Below, piece after piece: positions 35,009 to 43,962 of a stretch of 48,186 nucleotides of DNA. Numbering within the stretch: the first letter of the stretch is position 1; each line of letters starts with the position of its first letter. This stretch comes from Candidatus Melainabacteria bacterium. GTDB taxonomy: Bacteria > Cyanobacteriota > Vampirovibrionia > 2-02-FULL-35-15. The stretch spans positions 1 to 48,186 of the forward strand of contig JACOTS010000092.1 of NCBI GenBank assembly GCA_016178265.1, in the 5' to 3' direction. The translations under genes and the position numbers were made by a program. The notes below the pieces were generated by a model, which saw nothing but the letters and a program-made list of their open reading frames with translations, did not search any database and was not told where the DNA came from.

Positions 35009-37756
35009 ATGCCTCATTCATCAAAAGAAATAAGGGAATCCTGGATAAACTTCTTCTCTGAGCGTGGACATAAGCATGTTTCAAGCAGTTCACTAATACC
35101 AGATAATCCAACTTTGCTTTTAACCAGTGCAGGAATGGTACAGTTTGTACCATATTTTCTAGGACTTAAAGAGCCTGCTTTCAAAAGAGCTGTAACCATT
35201 CAAAAATGTGCACGTGCCGGCGGAAAAGATTCTGATTTGGAAAATATTGGAAGAACCACAAGACACCATTCATTTTTTGAAATGCTTGGTAATTTTAGCT
35301 TTGGCGATTATTTTAAAAAAGAAGCGATTACATGGGCATGGGATTATGTCACAAAAACATTAGAACTTCCTAAAGATAAATTAATTGTTTCTGTATTTGA
35401 AGGAGACACAGACACTCCTCCTGACGAAGAAGCATATAATATTTGGAAAAAAGAAATAGGATTATCAGATGGCAAAATCAGGAAGCTTCCAAGAAAAGAA
35501 GTTTTCTGGGGTCCTCCTGGACCGACAGGACCTTGCGGACCATGTTCTGAGATTTATTTTGATAGAGGAGATGGTTTTAAAGATCATGACGAGAGATTCC
35601 TTGAAATATGGAATCTTGTTTTTATGGAGCTTGAAAAAGATGAAGATGGAAAGTTCAAGCCTCTTGCAAAGAAAAACATAGACACAGGAGCAGGGCTTGA
35701 AAGAATTGCGCTTTTGCTTCAAAATAAGCCAAATACATTTGAAACTGATCTTTTAAGACCAATATTAGATAGCGTTTCAGAAGTTACTAAAACTAAATAT
35801 ATTGGACAAGAGGCAAGGGACAAGGGACAACAAGTATTAAATTCTGATTTGAGTCTAAAAATAATTACTGATCACTTAAGGTGTATAACTTTTTTAATTG
35901 CAGATGGTGTAAGGCCTAGCAATATAGGGCGTGGTTATGTACTTCGTATGCTTACAAGACGGGCTGCAAGATTTGGATGGCTCTTAGGTACAAAAGAACC
36001 ATTTTTATATAAGCTTCCTAAAATAGTAAGTGACAATTATTCATTTGTGTACCCAGAAATCAGCAAAAACCTAAATGTGATTATTGAAACAATTCAAAAA
36101 GAAGAAGAACGTTTCGCAGAAACAATTGAAAAAGGGCTTATTTATTTGGATGAAGTAATAGCCAACTCAGGAAAAACTATCTCTGGAGAGAAAGCGTTTG
36201 ATTTATATTCTACTTATGGTTTTCCAGTAGAGCTTACTTTAGATATTGCAAAGGAAAAAAATAAAGATATTGATATGAAAAGCTTTGAAAAAGCTAAGGA
36301 GAAACATTCTGAAGTTTCTGGTGGCGAGATGTTTGATGTAAAGCTTACTACTGGAAAGCATTATGGAGAATTACTTAAAGAATTTGGAGAGACAAGGTTT
36401 TTAGGTTACACACAAGAAACTTGCAAAAGCAAGGTATTAGCTTTAATAAATCAAAATAGAGAAATAGTAAATGAGTTAAAAGAAAGTGAAACAGGAGAAC
36501 TTATACTAGATCAAACTGTATTTTATGCAGAATCAGGAGGACAGGTGGGTGACACTGGAAAAATTATTGCAGAAAATAAAGCATTTGAGGTTATTGTTAC
36601 TGATACACAAAAACAGGAAGGACTTTTTGTACACCACATCAAAGTTACCAAAGGAAGCATAAAGCACAATACTACTGTAAATTGTGAACTTGATAGAGCT
36701 AAAAGAAACAGAACCAAACATCACCACAGCGTAACCCACCTAATGCATTCAGCACTTAGAAAAGTATTTGACGAAAGTCTGCAACAAGCAGGATCTGAGG
36801 TAAATCATGAAAGAACAAGGTTTGATTTTACATTGGACAGAGGGGTTACTGATGAAGAAAAAAGAAACATAGAAGACATGGTAAATAACTGGATAAAAAA
36901 GGCACTTCCTGTTGAAGCTAAAGAAATGACATTTAATGAAGCAATGCAAACAGGAGCACTTGCATTTTTTGGTGATAAATACGGAGATATAGTTAGAGTT
37001 CTGAAGATGGGAAATGAAAAAGATCTTGCAAGTGTTGAGCTTTGTGGAGGTACTCATGTACAAAATACAAGTGAAATAGGCGGTTTTAAGATCATAAAAG
37101 AAAATTCAATTGCAGCAGGAACAAGAAGAATAGAAGCTATTGCTGGAGAGGTACTTAAAGAATATATAAAAGAATTAAACGAGAAACATGAAAGGCTTAA
37201 AATAGAGCTTTTGGGAAAAGATAAGAACTTAAAAGCTTCTTTTAAACAGTATGGTTTAGAAGATAAATGGGAAGAATTGACAAAAGAATATGGCAATCTT
37301 GCAACAGATGGGCTAACCCCTGCCATACAAGAGAAATACAAAAAGGCAAATAATATTTTAACTAAAAAATTTGCCACTATTTATACCGATAGTTTAAAAC
37401 TAAAAGAAAGTGCTACAGAAAAACTATCAAATGGTATAAGCCTATTTTGTATAGAACTAGATGATTTCCCTGATGATGTTGTAAGAACTTTCATTGAGGG
37501 AAAACTAAAATCCGAAAAGGCTTATGTAACAATTATTGCAAATATAACTGAAGACAATAAGCTTAAATTTACGGCTGGAGTATCAAAGGATTTAACAGCA
37601 AAAGGGATAAATGCAAAGGATCTTGTAAATAAAGTAGCTGAAGTTACAGGCGGCAAAGGTGGCGGCAAAGATAATTTTGCACAAGCAGGCGGAAGAGATA
37701 TTACTAAGGTAAAAGAAGCTCTTAAAACTGGCAGAGAGCTGATAAGTAAAAATTAG
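35009..37756 (+). CDS. alaS: Alanine--tRNA ligase
   Basis: 915 aa. FFSERGHKHV, TSAGMVQF, RHHSFFEMLGNFSFGDYFK, WGPPGPTGPCGPCSEIYFD, HHSVTHLMH editing-domain motif, CGGTHV, C-terminal GGKGGGK (DHHA1). Confidence 0.95.
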   Translation: MPHSSKEIRESWINFFSERGHKHVSSSSLIPDNPTLLLTSAGMVQFVPYFLGLKEPAFKRAVTIQKCARAGGKDSDLENIGRTTRHHSFFEMLGNFSFGDYFKKEAITWAWDYVTKTLELPKDKLIVSVFEGDTDTPPDEEAYNIWKKEIGLSDGKIRKLPRKEVFWGPPGPTGPCGPCSEIYFDRGDGFKDHDERFLEIWNLVFMELEKDEDGKFKPLAKKNIDTGAGLERIALLLQNKPNTFETDLLRPILDSVSEVTKTKYIGQEARDKGQQVLNSDLSLKIITDHLRCITFLIADGVRPSNIGRGYVLRMLTRRAARFGWLLGTKEPFLYKLPKIVSDNYSFVYPEISKNLNVIIETIQKEEERFAETIEKGLIYLDEVIANSGKTISGEKAFDLYSTYGFPVELTLDIAKEKNKDIDMKSFEKAKEKHSEVSGGEMFDVKLTTGKHYGELLKEFGETRFLGYTQETCKSKVLALINQNREIVNELKESETGELILDQTVFYAESGGQVGDTGKIIAENKAFEVIVTDTQKQEGLFVHHIKVTKGSIKHNTTVNCELDRAKRNRTKHHHSVTHLMHSALRKVFDESLQQAGSEVNHERTRFDFTLDRGVTDEEKRNIEDMVNNWIKKALPVEAKEMTFNEAMQTGALAFFGDKYGDIVRVLKMGNEKDLASVELCGGTHVQNTSEIGGFKIIKENSIAAGTRRIEAIAGEVLKEYIKELNEKHERLKIELLGKDKNLKASFKQYGLEDKWEELTKEYGNLATDGLTPAIQEKYKKANNILTKKFATIYTDSLKLKESATEKLSNGISLFCIELDDFPDDVVRTFIEGKLKSEKAYVTIIANITEDNKLKFTAGVSKDLTAKGINAKDLVNKVAEVTGGKGGGKDNFAQAGGRDITKVKEALKTGRELISKN

Positions 37757-38391
37757 CTGCAGTTAAATACAGCCTTTAAAAGCGGCATTACACCATTTAC
37801 AATATACTGAACTCCAATACAAAGAAGTATAAATCCCATGATTCTATTAAATGAACTGATTGTTGTAGCACTCATTTTTTGTGAGATAAAAGGAGCTAGC
37901 CTTAAAAAGGCATAACATAAAATTGCTACAAGAATAATAGTTAAAAGAATAACAGGATAATGCAGCCAAGATTTTGCATCAGTAGTCATTCCTATAATCA
38001 CAGCAATGGATCCAGGTCCGCTTAAAAGGGGCATTGCAAGGGGTGAAAATGCAATATCATCTTTTTCTTCAGATTCAGTTTGTTCTTTTGGTAAAAGCTT
38101 TTCTTTTTTTTGAAGCATTTCAATTGCAGATCCAATAATCATAAGCCCTCCGGCAATACGAAGCCCTTCAAGTGATATTCCAAAAAATGTTAGAATAACT
38201 CCTCCAGCAATAAAAAATAAAAGCATAATTCCAAGTGCATAAATGCTTGCTTGCTTAGCTATTGCAATTCTTTTTTGTGGGGTATATTTTTCAGTTAGGG
38301 AAACAAAAACAGGCACAGCAAGTAGTGGATCCACTATTGAAAACAGTGAAACAAAAGAGCCTACAAAAAATAACAAGAATTCATTTCCCAT
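37753..38391 (-). CDS. MarC-family (UPF0056) integral membrane protein
   Basis: 212 aa. FVSLFSIVDPLLAVPVF N-terminal family signature and six hydrophobic segments. Confidence 0.8.
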   Translation of the reverse strand: MGNEFLLFFVGSFVSLFSIVDPLLAVPVFVSLTEKYTPQKRIAIAKQASIYALGIMLLFFIAGGVILTFFGISLEGLRIAGGLMIIGSAIEMLQKKEKLLPKEQTESEEKDDIAFSPLAMPLLSGPGSIAVIIGMTTDAKSWLHYPVILLTIILVAILCYAFLRLAPFISQKMSATTISSFNRIMGFILLCIGVQYIVNGVMPLLKAVFNCS

Positions 38392-38449
38392 AAGAAATGG
38401 TATTCTAGCATTTTTTTACGTAATGCATTATTTTAGGGTGTGTCAGAAA

Positions 38450-38560
38450 TTCGAGGATAAAGCGGGTGGCACCGGTGGGGTAGGAGTCAAAAACTGAGGA
38501 ACGAAGTTTTTGAAGGGGACCCCAGAGGTGACAGGACCCGCGTCGTTTGTCATCCTCGAA
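38450..38560. other. GC-rich 111-nt imperfect long hairpin (candidate cis-regulatory RNA or MITE/REP-like element) in the marC / decarboxylase divergent intergenic region
   Basis: Nested complementary segments: TTCGAGGAT 38450-38458 with ATCCTCGAA 38552-38560; GCGGGT 38462-38467 with ACCCGC 38536-38541; CACC 38470-38473 with GGTG 38527-38530; TGGGGT 38476-38481 with ACCCCA 38519-38524; AAAAAC 38489-38494 with GTTTTT 38506-38511. Apical loop TGAGGAACGAA. Composition is strikingly G+C-rich against the AT-rich flanks. Confidence 0.6.
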
Positions 38561-38621
38561 CTCTTTACAGATCCATTATTTTAGTAAGGAATCCATGCGA
38601 TACTATATAAACAAGGGGTAA

Positions 38622-40151
38622 ATGGTGAATAAAAAAGCTACTGAATTAAAAGAACAAAAGCTAGGCGACATAGATGTTAAGTTATTTAAAAAACACGGCT
38701 ATGAGCTAATTGATTGGATAGCTGAATACCTGTCAAACATTGAAAAATACCCCGTTTTATCCCAAGTTAAGCCTGGTGATATTAAAAACAATCTTCCAAA
38801 ATCACCTCCTGAAAAAGGTGAAAGCATGGAAAAAATAATGGAAGATTTTAACAAATACATTGTTCCAGGTCTTACTCATTGGAATCATCCAGGATATTTT
38901 GCATATTTTTCTTGTACAAGTTCATACCCTGGAATACTTGCAGAGCTTCTTACCGCAGGGATAAATCAACAAGGCATGCTTTGGAGAACATCTCCTGCAC
39001 TTACAGAGGTAGAAGAAGTAACATTAGCTTGGCTTAGAGAGTTAATTGGACTGAAAGATGATTTTTTTGGAATAATTTATGATACTGCATCTATTTCTAC
39101 ACTGCATGCAATTGCAACTGCAAGAGAAGCTTTGAACTTAAAAATCAAAGAAGAAGGAATGATAAATAAAAAAGAACTTATGCCTCTTAAGTTATATACA
39201 TCTGAACAAACACACTCATCAATTGAAAAAGCAGCTATTACACTTGGAATAGGACAAAAAAACGTTAGAAAGGTAGCGGTTGATGATGCTTTCCAAATGG
39301 ATCCAAAAGCACTTATAAACTGTATTGAAGAAGATATTAAATCAGATTGTATACCATTTTGTGTTGTTGCAACAGCAGGAACTACCTCAACTACAAGCAT
39401 TGATCCAATCCCTGAAATTGCTGAGATTTGTAAAAAATACAAACTTTGGTTACATTTAGATGCTGCTTATCTTGGTATTGCAGCAATTGTACCTGAAATG
39501 AAACATATTACCGTAGGCTGGAATGAAGTTGATTCTTTTGTAGTAAATCCTCATAAGGGATTATTTACCCCGATGGATTTAAGTGCATTTTACTGTAAAA
39601 AGCCTGAGCTGCTTAAAAAAGCATTTAGTCTGGTTCCTGAGTATCTAAAAACAGATACAGGAGATGAAGCAAAAAATCTATATGATTATGGGATACAACT
39701 TGGAAGAAGATTTAGAGCACTTAAACTTTGGTTTATTATGCGTACTTTTGGAAAAGAGGGTTTAATAAATCGCATTCGTGAAACAATTAATCTTGCAAAA
39801 ACTTTTGCTAAGTGGGTAGAAGAAAGTGAGAAGTTTTATATCCTAGCTCCTGTTACAACAAGTTTGGTTTGTTTTAGATATCTCCCGAAAGACTTAAAAG
39901 AAAAGATAGAAAGAAATGAGAATGTAGAAGCTATTGAAGAATACTTAAACAAATTAAATGAAGAGATTATGAATGCAGTAAATGCAACTGGCAAGGTTTT
40001 TATATCTCATACCAAACTACACGGAAGATTTACGCTTAGGCTTGCTATTGCAAATCTTAGGACAACTGAAAGGCATATAAAAGATGCATGGGAAACATTG
40101 AACCAACTAGCACTAAAAATAGATAAAGAACTTAGAAGCACATTTATATAG
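38622..40151 (+). CDS. PLP-dependent aromatic-L-amino-acid decarboxylase (group II decarboxylase, DDC/TDC-like)
   Basis: 509 aa. HWNHPGYFAYFSCTSSYPGILAELL, SPALTEVEEVTLAWL, HLDAAYLG and NPHKGLF (PLP-lysine motif) closely parallel animal/plant DOPA/tryptophan decarboxylases. AAGGGG Shine-Dalgarno. Confidence 0.85.
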   Translation: MVNKKATELKEQKLGDIDVKLFKKHGYELIDWIAEYLSNIEKYPVLSQVKPGDIKNNLPKSPPEKGESMEKIMEDFNKYIVPGLTHWNHPGYFAYFSCTSSYPGILAELLTAGINQQGMLWRTSPALTEVEEVTLAWLRELIGLKDDFFGIIYDTASISTLHAIATAREALNLKIKEEGMINKKELMPLKLYTSEQTHSSIEKAAITLGIGQKNVRKVAVDDAFQMDPKALINCIEEDIKSDCIPFCVVATAGTTSTTSIDPIPEIAEICKKYKLWLHLDAAYLGIAAIVPEMKHITVGWNEVDSFVVNPHKGLFTPMDLSAFYCKKPELLKKAFSLVPEYLKTDTGDEAKNLYDYGIQLGRRFRALKLWFIMRTFGKEGLINRIRETINLAKTFAKWVEESEKFYILAPVTTSLVCFRYLPKDLKEKIERNENVEAIEEYLNKLNEEIMNAVNATGKVFISHTKLHGRFTLRLAIANLRTTERHIKDAWETLNQLALKIDKELRSTFI

Positions 40152-40319
40152 TATAAGTTTTACTAGAAAAAACAGAAAAATAAGCAGATTTTTATTGCTT
40201 TTAATTGAATTTTAACTATTTTAGAAGTAAATTCTTTAATTTAATCAAATTATTGATTTAATAACTTCAGGATTGAGGAATAACCCTATTAAAAGCTCAC
40301 CAATAGATTATAAATTTAT

Positions 40320-41303
40320 ATGTTGGAAAATTTAAAATATATTGTCGTGGATTTGTTAAGTAATTTTGATCTTAGACTAATTTGGCTTAATATTTTTAAT
40401 TCAAAGCTTAATCTACTCTTAGCATTAATCCCGTGCTTACTTTTGCTTCTCATATTAGAAGCAAAACATTTTGGCTGGAATAATTCGGCACTAAAAAGAC
40501 TAATGAATCCATCAAAGTCTGCACAATTAGATATAGCTTTAGTTATATTATATGCTTCAAGTTTAATCTCTATACTGACAATATTATTTTCTTTTGGTCT
40601 TAGTGAACTAATACCAATTAAAGTTAGAAAATTATTTGGTTTTGGTTTAATTAACTCGATAGATAATATCTATATTCAATATGCTGTCTATATTATCATT
40701 TACGACTTTTTATTCTATTGGAAGCACCGCTTATCACATACTATAAGTTGGTGGTGGCAGCTGCATAAATTGCATCACTCCGCTGAGGAACTTAACCTAA
40801 TTACTGCTGATAGGCTTCATCCACTTGATGAGGTTATAACAAGACTGTTTATGTGCTTGCCACTTGCAATTGCTGGTATTCCACTAGTAGATTTTTTGAT
40901 TCTAACTGTACTACACAGATCACACAGAATGTTAATTCACTCTATGCTGCCTTGGGATTTTGGTTGGCTAGGCAAATACATTTTAATATCACCTATCGCA
41001 CATAGAATACATCACTCAAAATTACCAGAACATACAAATAAAAACTTTAGCAACTCAACACCATTATGGGACAAATTGTTTGGAACTTGGTATGAGGGTA
41101 ACATAATAAATACATCTGTTGGAGTGGAACAAAATACGCATAATAATAAATTATGGTTTGTAGATATTTGGGATTCATACCTTGATTTTTGGAAATATCT
41201 ATGGAAAGATATCAGAATACTTATATTCAGAAAAAGTACTGTTGTTGATAGTTCAACAAGCATAATTATTCTTTTCTTAACTTATTTAGCTATTACAATT
41301 TAG
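40320..41303 (+). CDS. Fatty acid hydroxylase superfamily protein (sterol desaturase-like di-iron membrane enzyme)
   Basis: 327 aa. N-terminal TM segments and three histidine boxes: HRLSH, HKLHH, HRIHH. Confidence 0.8.
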   Translation: MLENLKYIVVDLLSNFDLRLIWLNIFNSKLNLLLALIPCLLLLLILEAKHFGWNNSALKRLMNPSKSAQLDIALVILYASSLISILTILFSFGLSELIPIKVRKLFGFGLINSIDNIYIQYAVYIIIYDFLFYWKHRLSHTISWWWQLHKLHHSAEELNLITADRLHPLDEVITRLFMCLPLAIAGIPLVDFLILTVLHRSHRMLIHSMLPWDFGWLGKYILISPIAHRIHHSKLPEHTNKNFSNSTPLWDKLFGTWYEGNIINTSVGVEQNTHNNKLWFVDIWDSYLDFWKYLWKDIRILIFRKSTVVDSSTSIIILFLTYLAITI

Positions 41304-41311
41304 CAAAGTCG

Positions 41312-42721
41312 TTAATTTAAGTTAGTACTTAGTGTTAGCTGATATATTTTTTCAAGCTTACGGCTTGCTATATCTGATTCAGGATTTAAATTAATAATAA
41401 CTCTATTAAATTGAAGGGTTTTGCCTTCATACTTATTGGGGTTACTAAAATATATAACTTTAGCTAAAGCTCTACACGATTTCTGCTTTTCCCTTTTACT
41501 ATGTTCTTTAGCAATTCGCCTAAGTAAAACATCCCATCTTGATGGATCAAATTGGTTAATCAATTTATCAACACTTAATGGTTCTTCTACTCCTTCGCTA
41601 TTAAAGAGAGAAATCTCCACTGTCTCTTTTGTTGAGGGATAAAAGTGATCAAAGCATGGATATACAGCAAAAGGCCATGAATCAATCTTATTAAAGCCAC
41701 AATAAATTACACAAACTATTATAAAAGTACTGATATAAATAGTGGCATTATGTTCATTAGTTATTCCTGTTGACCTAGCATAATTAATTCTCCTTTTCAA
41801 TATGTTTTCCCAATCAACAAAAGCAAAATATAGTACAAGCAAGTACCAAAATGATATTTTCATAAATACGTAAGTTACACTGTGAAAGATAAGTCCCATT
41901 ATCAACCAATATTTTCTATACTTGTCAGAAAATATCGCAAAAATAAAACTTATTTCAAATAAAATTACTAACAGTCCACCAAATTGGAGAAAAAATGGAT
42001 AATGATCAATTCTAAATAAAGGAGCAAAATCATTTAATCTAGCCCATCTATCATACAAAATAAAATTTAAGTTATCCCCTAAAAACCAATCAACCCCACA
42101 TGACCAAAGTTTCCAAAATCCGGGGAAGAAATATATTAATCCAAGTATCAACCATATAAATCTTATAGGCATAGAGTACATTTCTGGTGCATAGGACTTA
42201 ATTTTAGATTTATTTATTAGAATTAAACTATCAATAGATAGCAAGTCACCACATCTAGCGGTCGACAATATAAAAGAGCACCATAACAAGTGATGGATAT
42301 GATAGCTTTTCCCATATAACTGCGGAATCCCAAGTACATACAATCCTAAAAGTGAAGCTAGAATCATTGATGGCCTTGTAAAAAAGCCTATCATAGAAGT
42401 AAAACAAAAAAAAATGAATAATTGTTTTGCAACTAGTACTAGTTTGCTGTTAACAGGAAATAAGTTTGTAAAATAACCAGAGTCATAAATTAGTTCATCT
42501 GGCAAACTTGAGAGCCAGTAAGAATTATTAAAGCCTTTAAAAGACACTAAAATCAACGCACAAAAGAGGATAATTCTAAAAATAGCTAAGCTTAACATAG
42601 AGGATCTTTGTGGAAACAAAAAGTGCATTAATCTTGTAAAAAGATTTTGCTTTCTAGAAACATACAATAAAAATATACCTAATAAAAGTAAAAATATAAT
42701 TTGAGTAATTAATAGTTCCAT
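41312..42721 (-). CDS. HTTM-domain membrane protein (vitamin K-dependent gamma-carboxylase homolog), paralog A
   Basis: 469 aa. N-terminal SLAIFRIILF motif typical of HTTM domains, multiple TM segments, CGDLLSIDSLI, PIRFIWLILGLIYF, RIDHYP. About 130-aa C-terminal soluble domain. Confidence 0.55.
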   Translation of the reverse strand: MELLITQIIFLLLLGIFLLYVSRKQNLFTRLMHFLFPQRSSMLSLAIFRIILFCALILVSFKGFNNSYWLSSLPDELIYDSGYFTNLFPVNSKLVLVAKQLFIFFCFTSMIGFFTRPSMILASLLGLYVLGIPQLYGKSYHIHHLLWCSFILSTARCGDLLSIDSLILINKSKIKSYAPEMYSMPIRFIWLILGLIYFFPGFWKLWSCGVDWFLGDNLNFILYDRWARLNDFAPLFRIDHYPFFLQFGGLLVILFEISFIFAIFSDKYRKYWLIMGLIFHSVTYVFMKISFWYLLVLYFAFVDWENILKRRINYARSTGITNEHNATIYISTFIIVCVIYCGFNKIDSWPFAVYPCFDHFYPSTKETVEISLFNSEGVEEPLSVDKLINQFDPSRWDVLLRRIAKEHSKREKQKSCRALAKVIYFSNPNKYEGKTLQFNRVIINLNPESDIASRKLEKIYQLTLSTNLN

Positions 42722-42881
42722 ACAGTTAATTGTTAAAGATTTTCTCTATTATTTAAATTCATTTTTATCATATTAATAAGCCATTGTATATCACCATTTA
42801 TCTATTATTAACAACCTTAAGTAGGAATTTATACACAATTAATGTATTCTATAAACACAGATCTCGCGTAAAAGAAATTTC

Positions 42882-43937
42882 ATGGCTAACAAAAGAAAAA
42901 ATATACAAGAATTAAAAATAAATACAATTAATTTGAATCCTCCTATATTCATTGTAGGGGCAGAGAAATCCGGTACTACTTTACTAAGAAAAATTTTAGG
43001 AAAGCATCATAACATTTATGAAATAAAGGCAGAAACCGAGCTATTTAGAAAATTCAAACCACCTATTTATAGTTATTTAAACAAGCTTGAAAAAAATAAA
43101 GAATTTGAAACCCTTATTAAAACAATGCTCACATTTCTTCTATATAAACATGATGGGGCAGTAAATTCATTGCTTCGTAAAGAATATCCCGGTAATGTAG
43201 TTGAGCTCTACAAAGAAATAATTAATCTTAATGAATTAGCTGAGTTAAGAAATAAATACAATGTTTTCAATTTTTGCGCTAACTTTTTAACAATAAAAGA
43301 AACCAAAAAAAGATGGGTTGAGAAGACTCCTTCACATGTAAGAGGAATTAATCATATACTATCCTACTACCCCACAGCAAAAATTATAATCATTTATAGG
43401 GATCCAAGAGCTGTATATGCTTCATGGAAGAATTACAAAAGATTCAAAGAAAGATATTTAAGCAACATAGTAATCTGTACACTTGTTTGGTTAATTGCAA
43501 CTGAAATTAGTCTAAAAACATCAACTGAATTTAGTTCACATTTGTATCAAATACGATATGAAGATTTAGTTGCTGATCCAATTAAAGAAATAAAAAAATT
43601 GTGTGATTTTATTCAAGAGGATTTTGATCCAATGATGATTGATGTTGACGTAGTAAATAGTGCCTACAAAGAACATGAGGTTCAAGAGGGTATACAAAAA
43701 AAATTTAACAATATGTGGGCAGAAAAACTAACAAATTTAGAGATCCTTTTTATTGAGCTAATAACTCGAAAAAAAAGAGAAATACTTGGATATCCTGATG
43801 TAACTGATAAAAACCCAATTTATACCTCTATGCTTTTACCACTGTTTGTAATATATGTAACAATCCAAGCATTAGTTTTTATATTAGCAAAAAGATGGAT
43901 TTGGATTAAGAATAATTTAATGCTGTGGAAAAAATAA
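42882..43937 (+). CDS. PAPS-dependent sulfotransferase with C-terminal transmembrane anchor
   Basis: 351 aa. IFIVGAEKSGTTLL (5'-phosphosulfate-binding loop), WVEKTPSH, IIIYRDPRAVYASW (3'-phosphate-binding motif). C-terminal hydrophobic helix LLPLFVIYVTIQALVFILA. Confidence 0.8.
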   Translation: MANKRKNIQELKINTINLNPPIFIVGAEKSGTTLLRKILGKHHNIYEIKAETELFRKFKPPIYSYLNKLEKNKEFETLIKTMLTFLLYKHDGAVNSLLRKEYPGNVVELYKEIINLNELAELRNKYNVFNFCANFLTIKETKKRWVEKTPSHVRGINHILSYYPTAKIIIIYRDPRAVYASWKNYKRFKERYLSNIVICTLVWLIATEISLKTSTEFSSHLYQIRYEDLVADPIKEIKKLCDFIQEDFDPMMIDVDVVNSAYKEHEVQEGIQKKFNNMWAEKLTNLEILFIELITRKKREILGYPDVTDKNPIYTSMLLPLFVIYVTIQALVFILAKRWIWIKNNLMLWKK

Positions 43938-43962
43938 AACTGTAAAATTGCTTCATAATAAC

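Noticed and set aside
36749-37377. Two unusually long (104 and 107 aa) antisense ORFs inside alaS; considered as possible overlapping genes.
   Set aside because: They are fully nested in the highly conserved alaS frame. The sequences are Cys/Phe/Ser-rich low complexity, typical of the reverse complement of GAA/AAA-rich coding sequence. They have no start context or homolog-like motifs.
38462-38474. T-box riboswitch, because GGGTGGCACCG matches the T-box core GGGUGGNACCG.
   Set aside because: Only about 70 nt of AT-rich sequence lies upstream before the marC start codon, which is too little for a promoter plus Stem I/specifier loop. No AGAGA, GNUGGA or distal-loop motifs are seen, and no clear U-tract terminator follows. 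T-box logic (induction by uncharged tRNA) also fits poorly with a catabolic decarboxylase. It is kept only as something cmsearch should exclude.
38450-38560. Known structured RNAs in the GC-rich hairpin: SRP (4.5S) RNA, the glutamine (glnA) riboswitch suggested by GUAGG...GGAACG, and the Mn (yybP-ykoY), glycine, TPP and SAM riboswitches.
   Set aside because: It lacks the SRP domain IV signature (GGAA tetraloop with flanking AGCA/GGAA symmetric loop). It lacks the CGUUC/GAACG P1 pairing of the glnA motif. It lacks the conserved cores of the other classes as I remember them. I cannot run covariance models, so this is a by-eye rejection.
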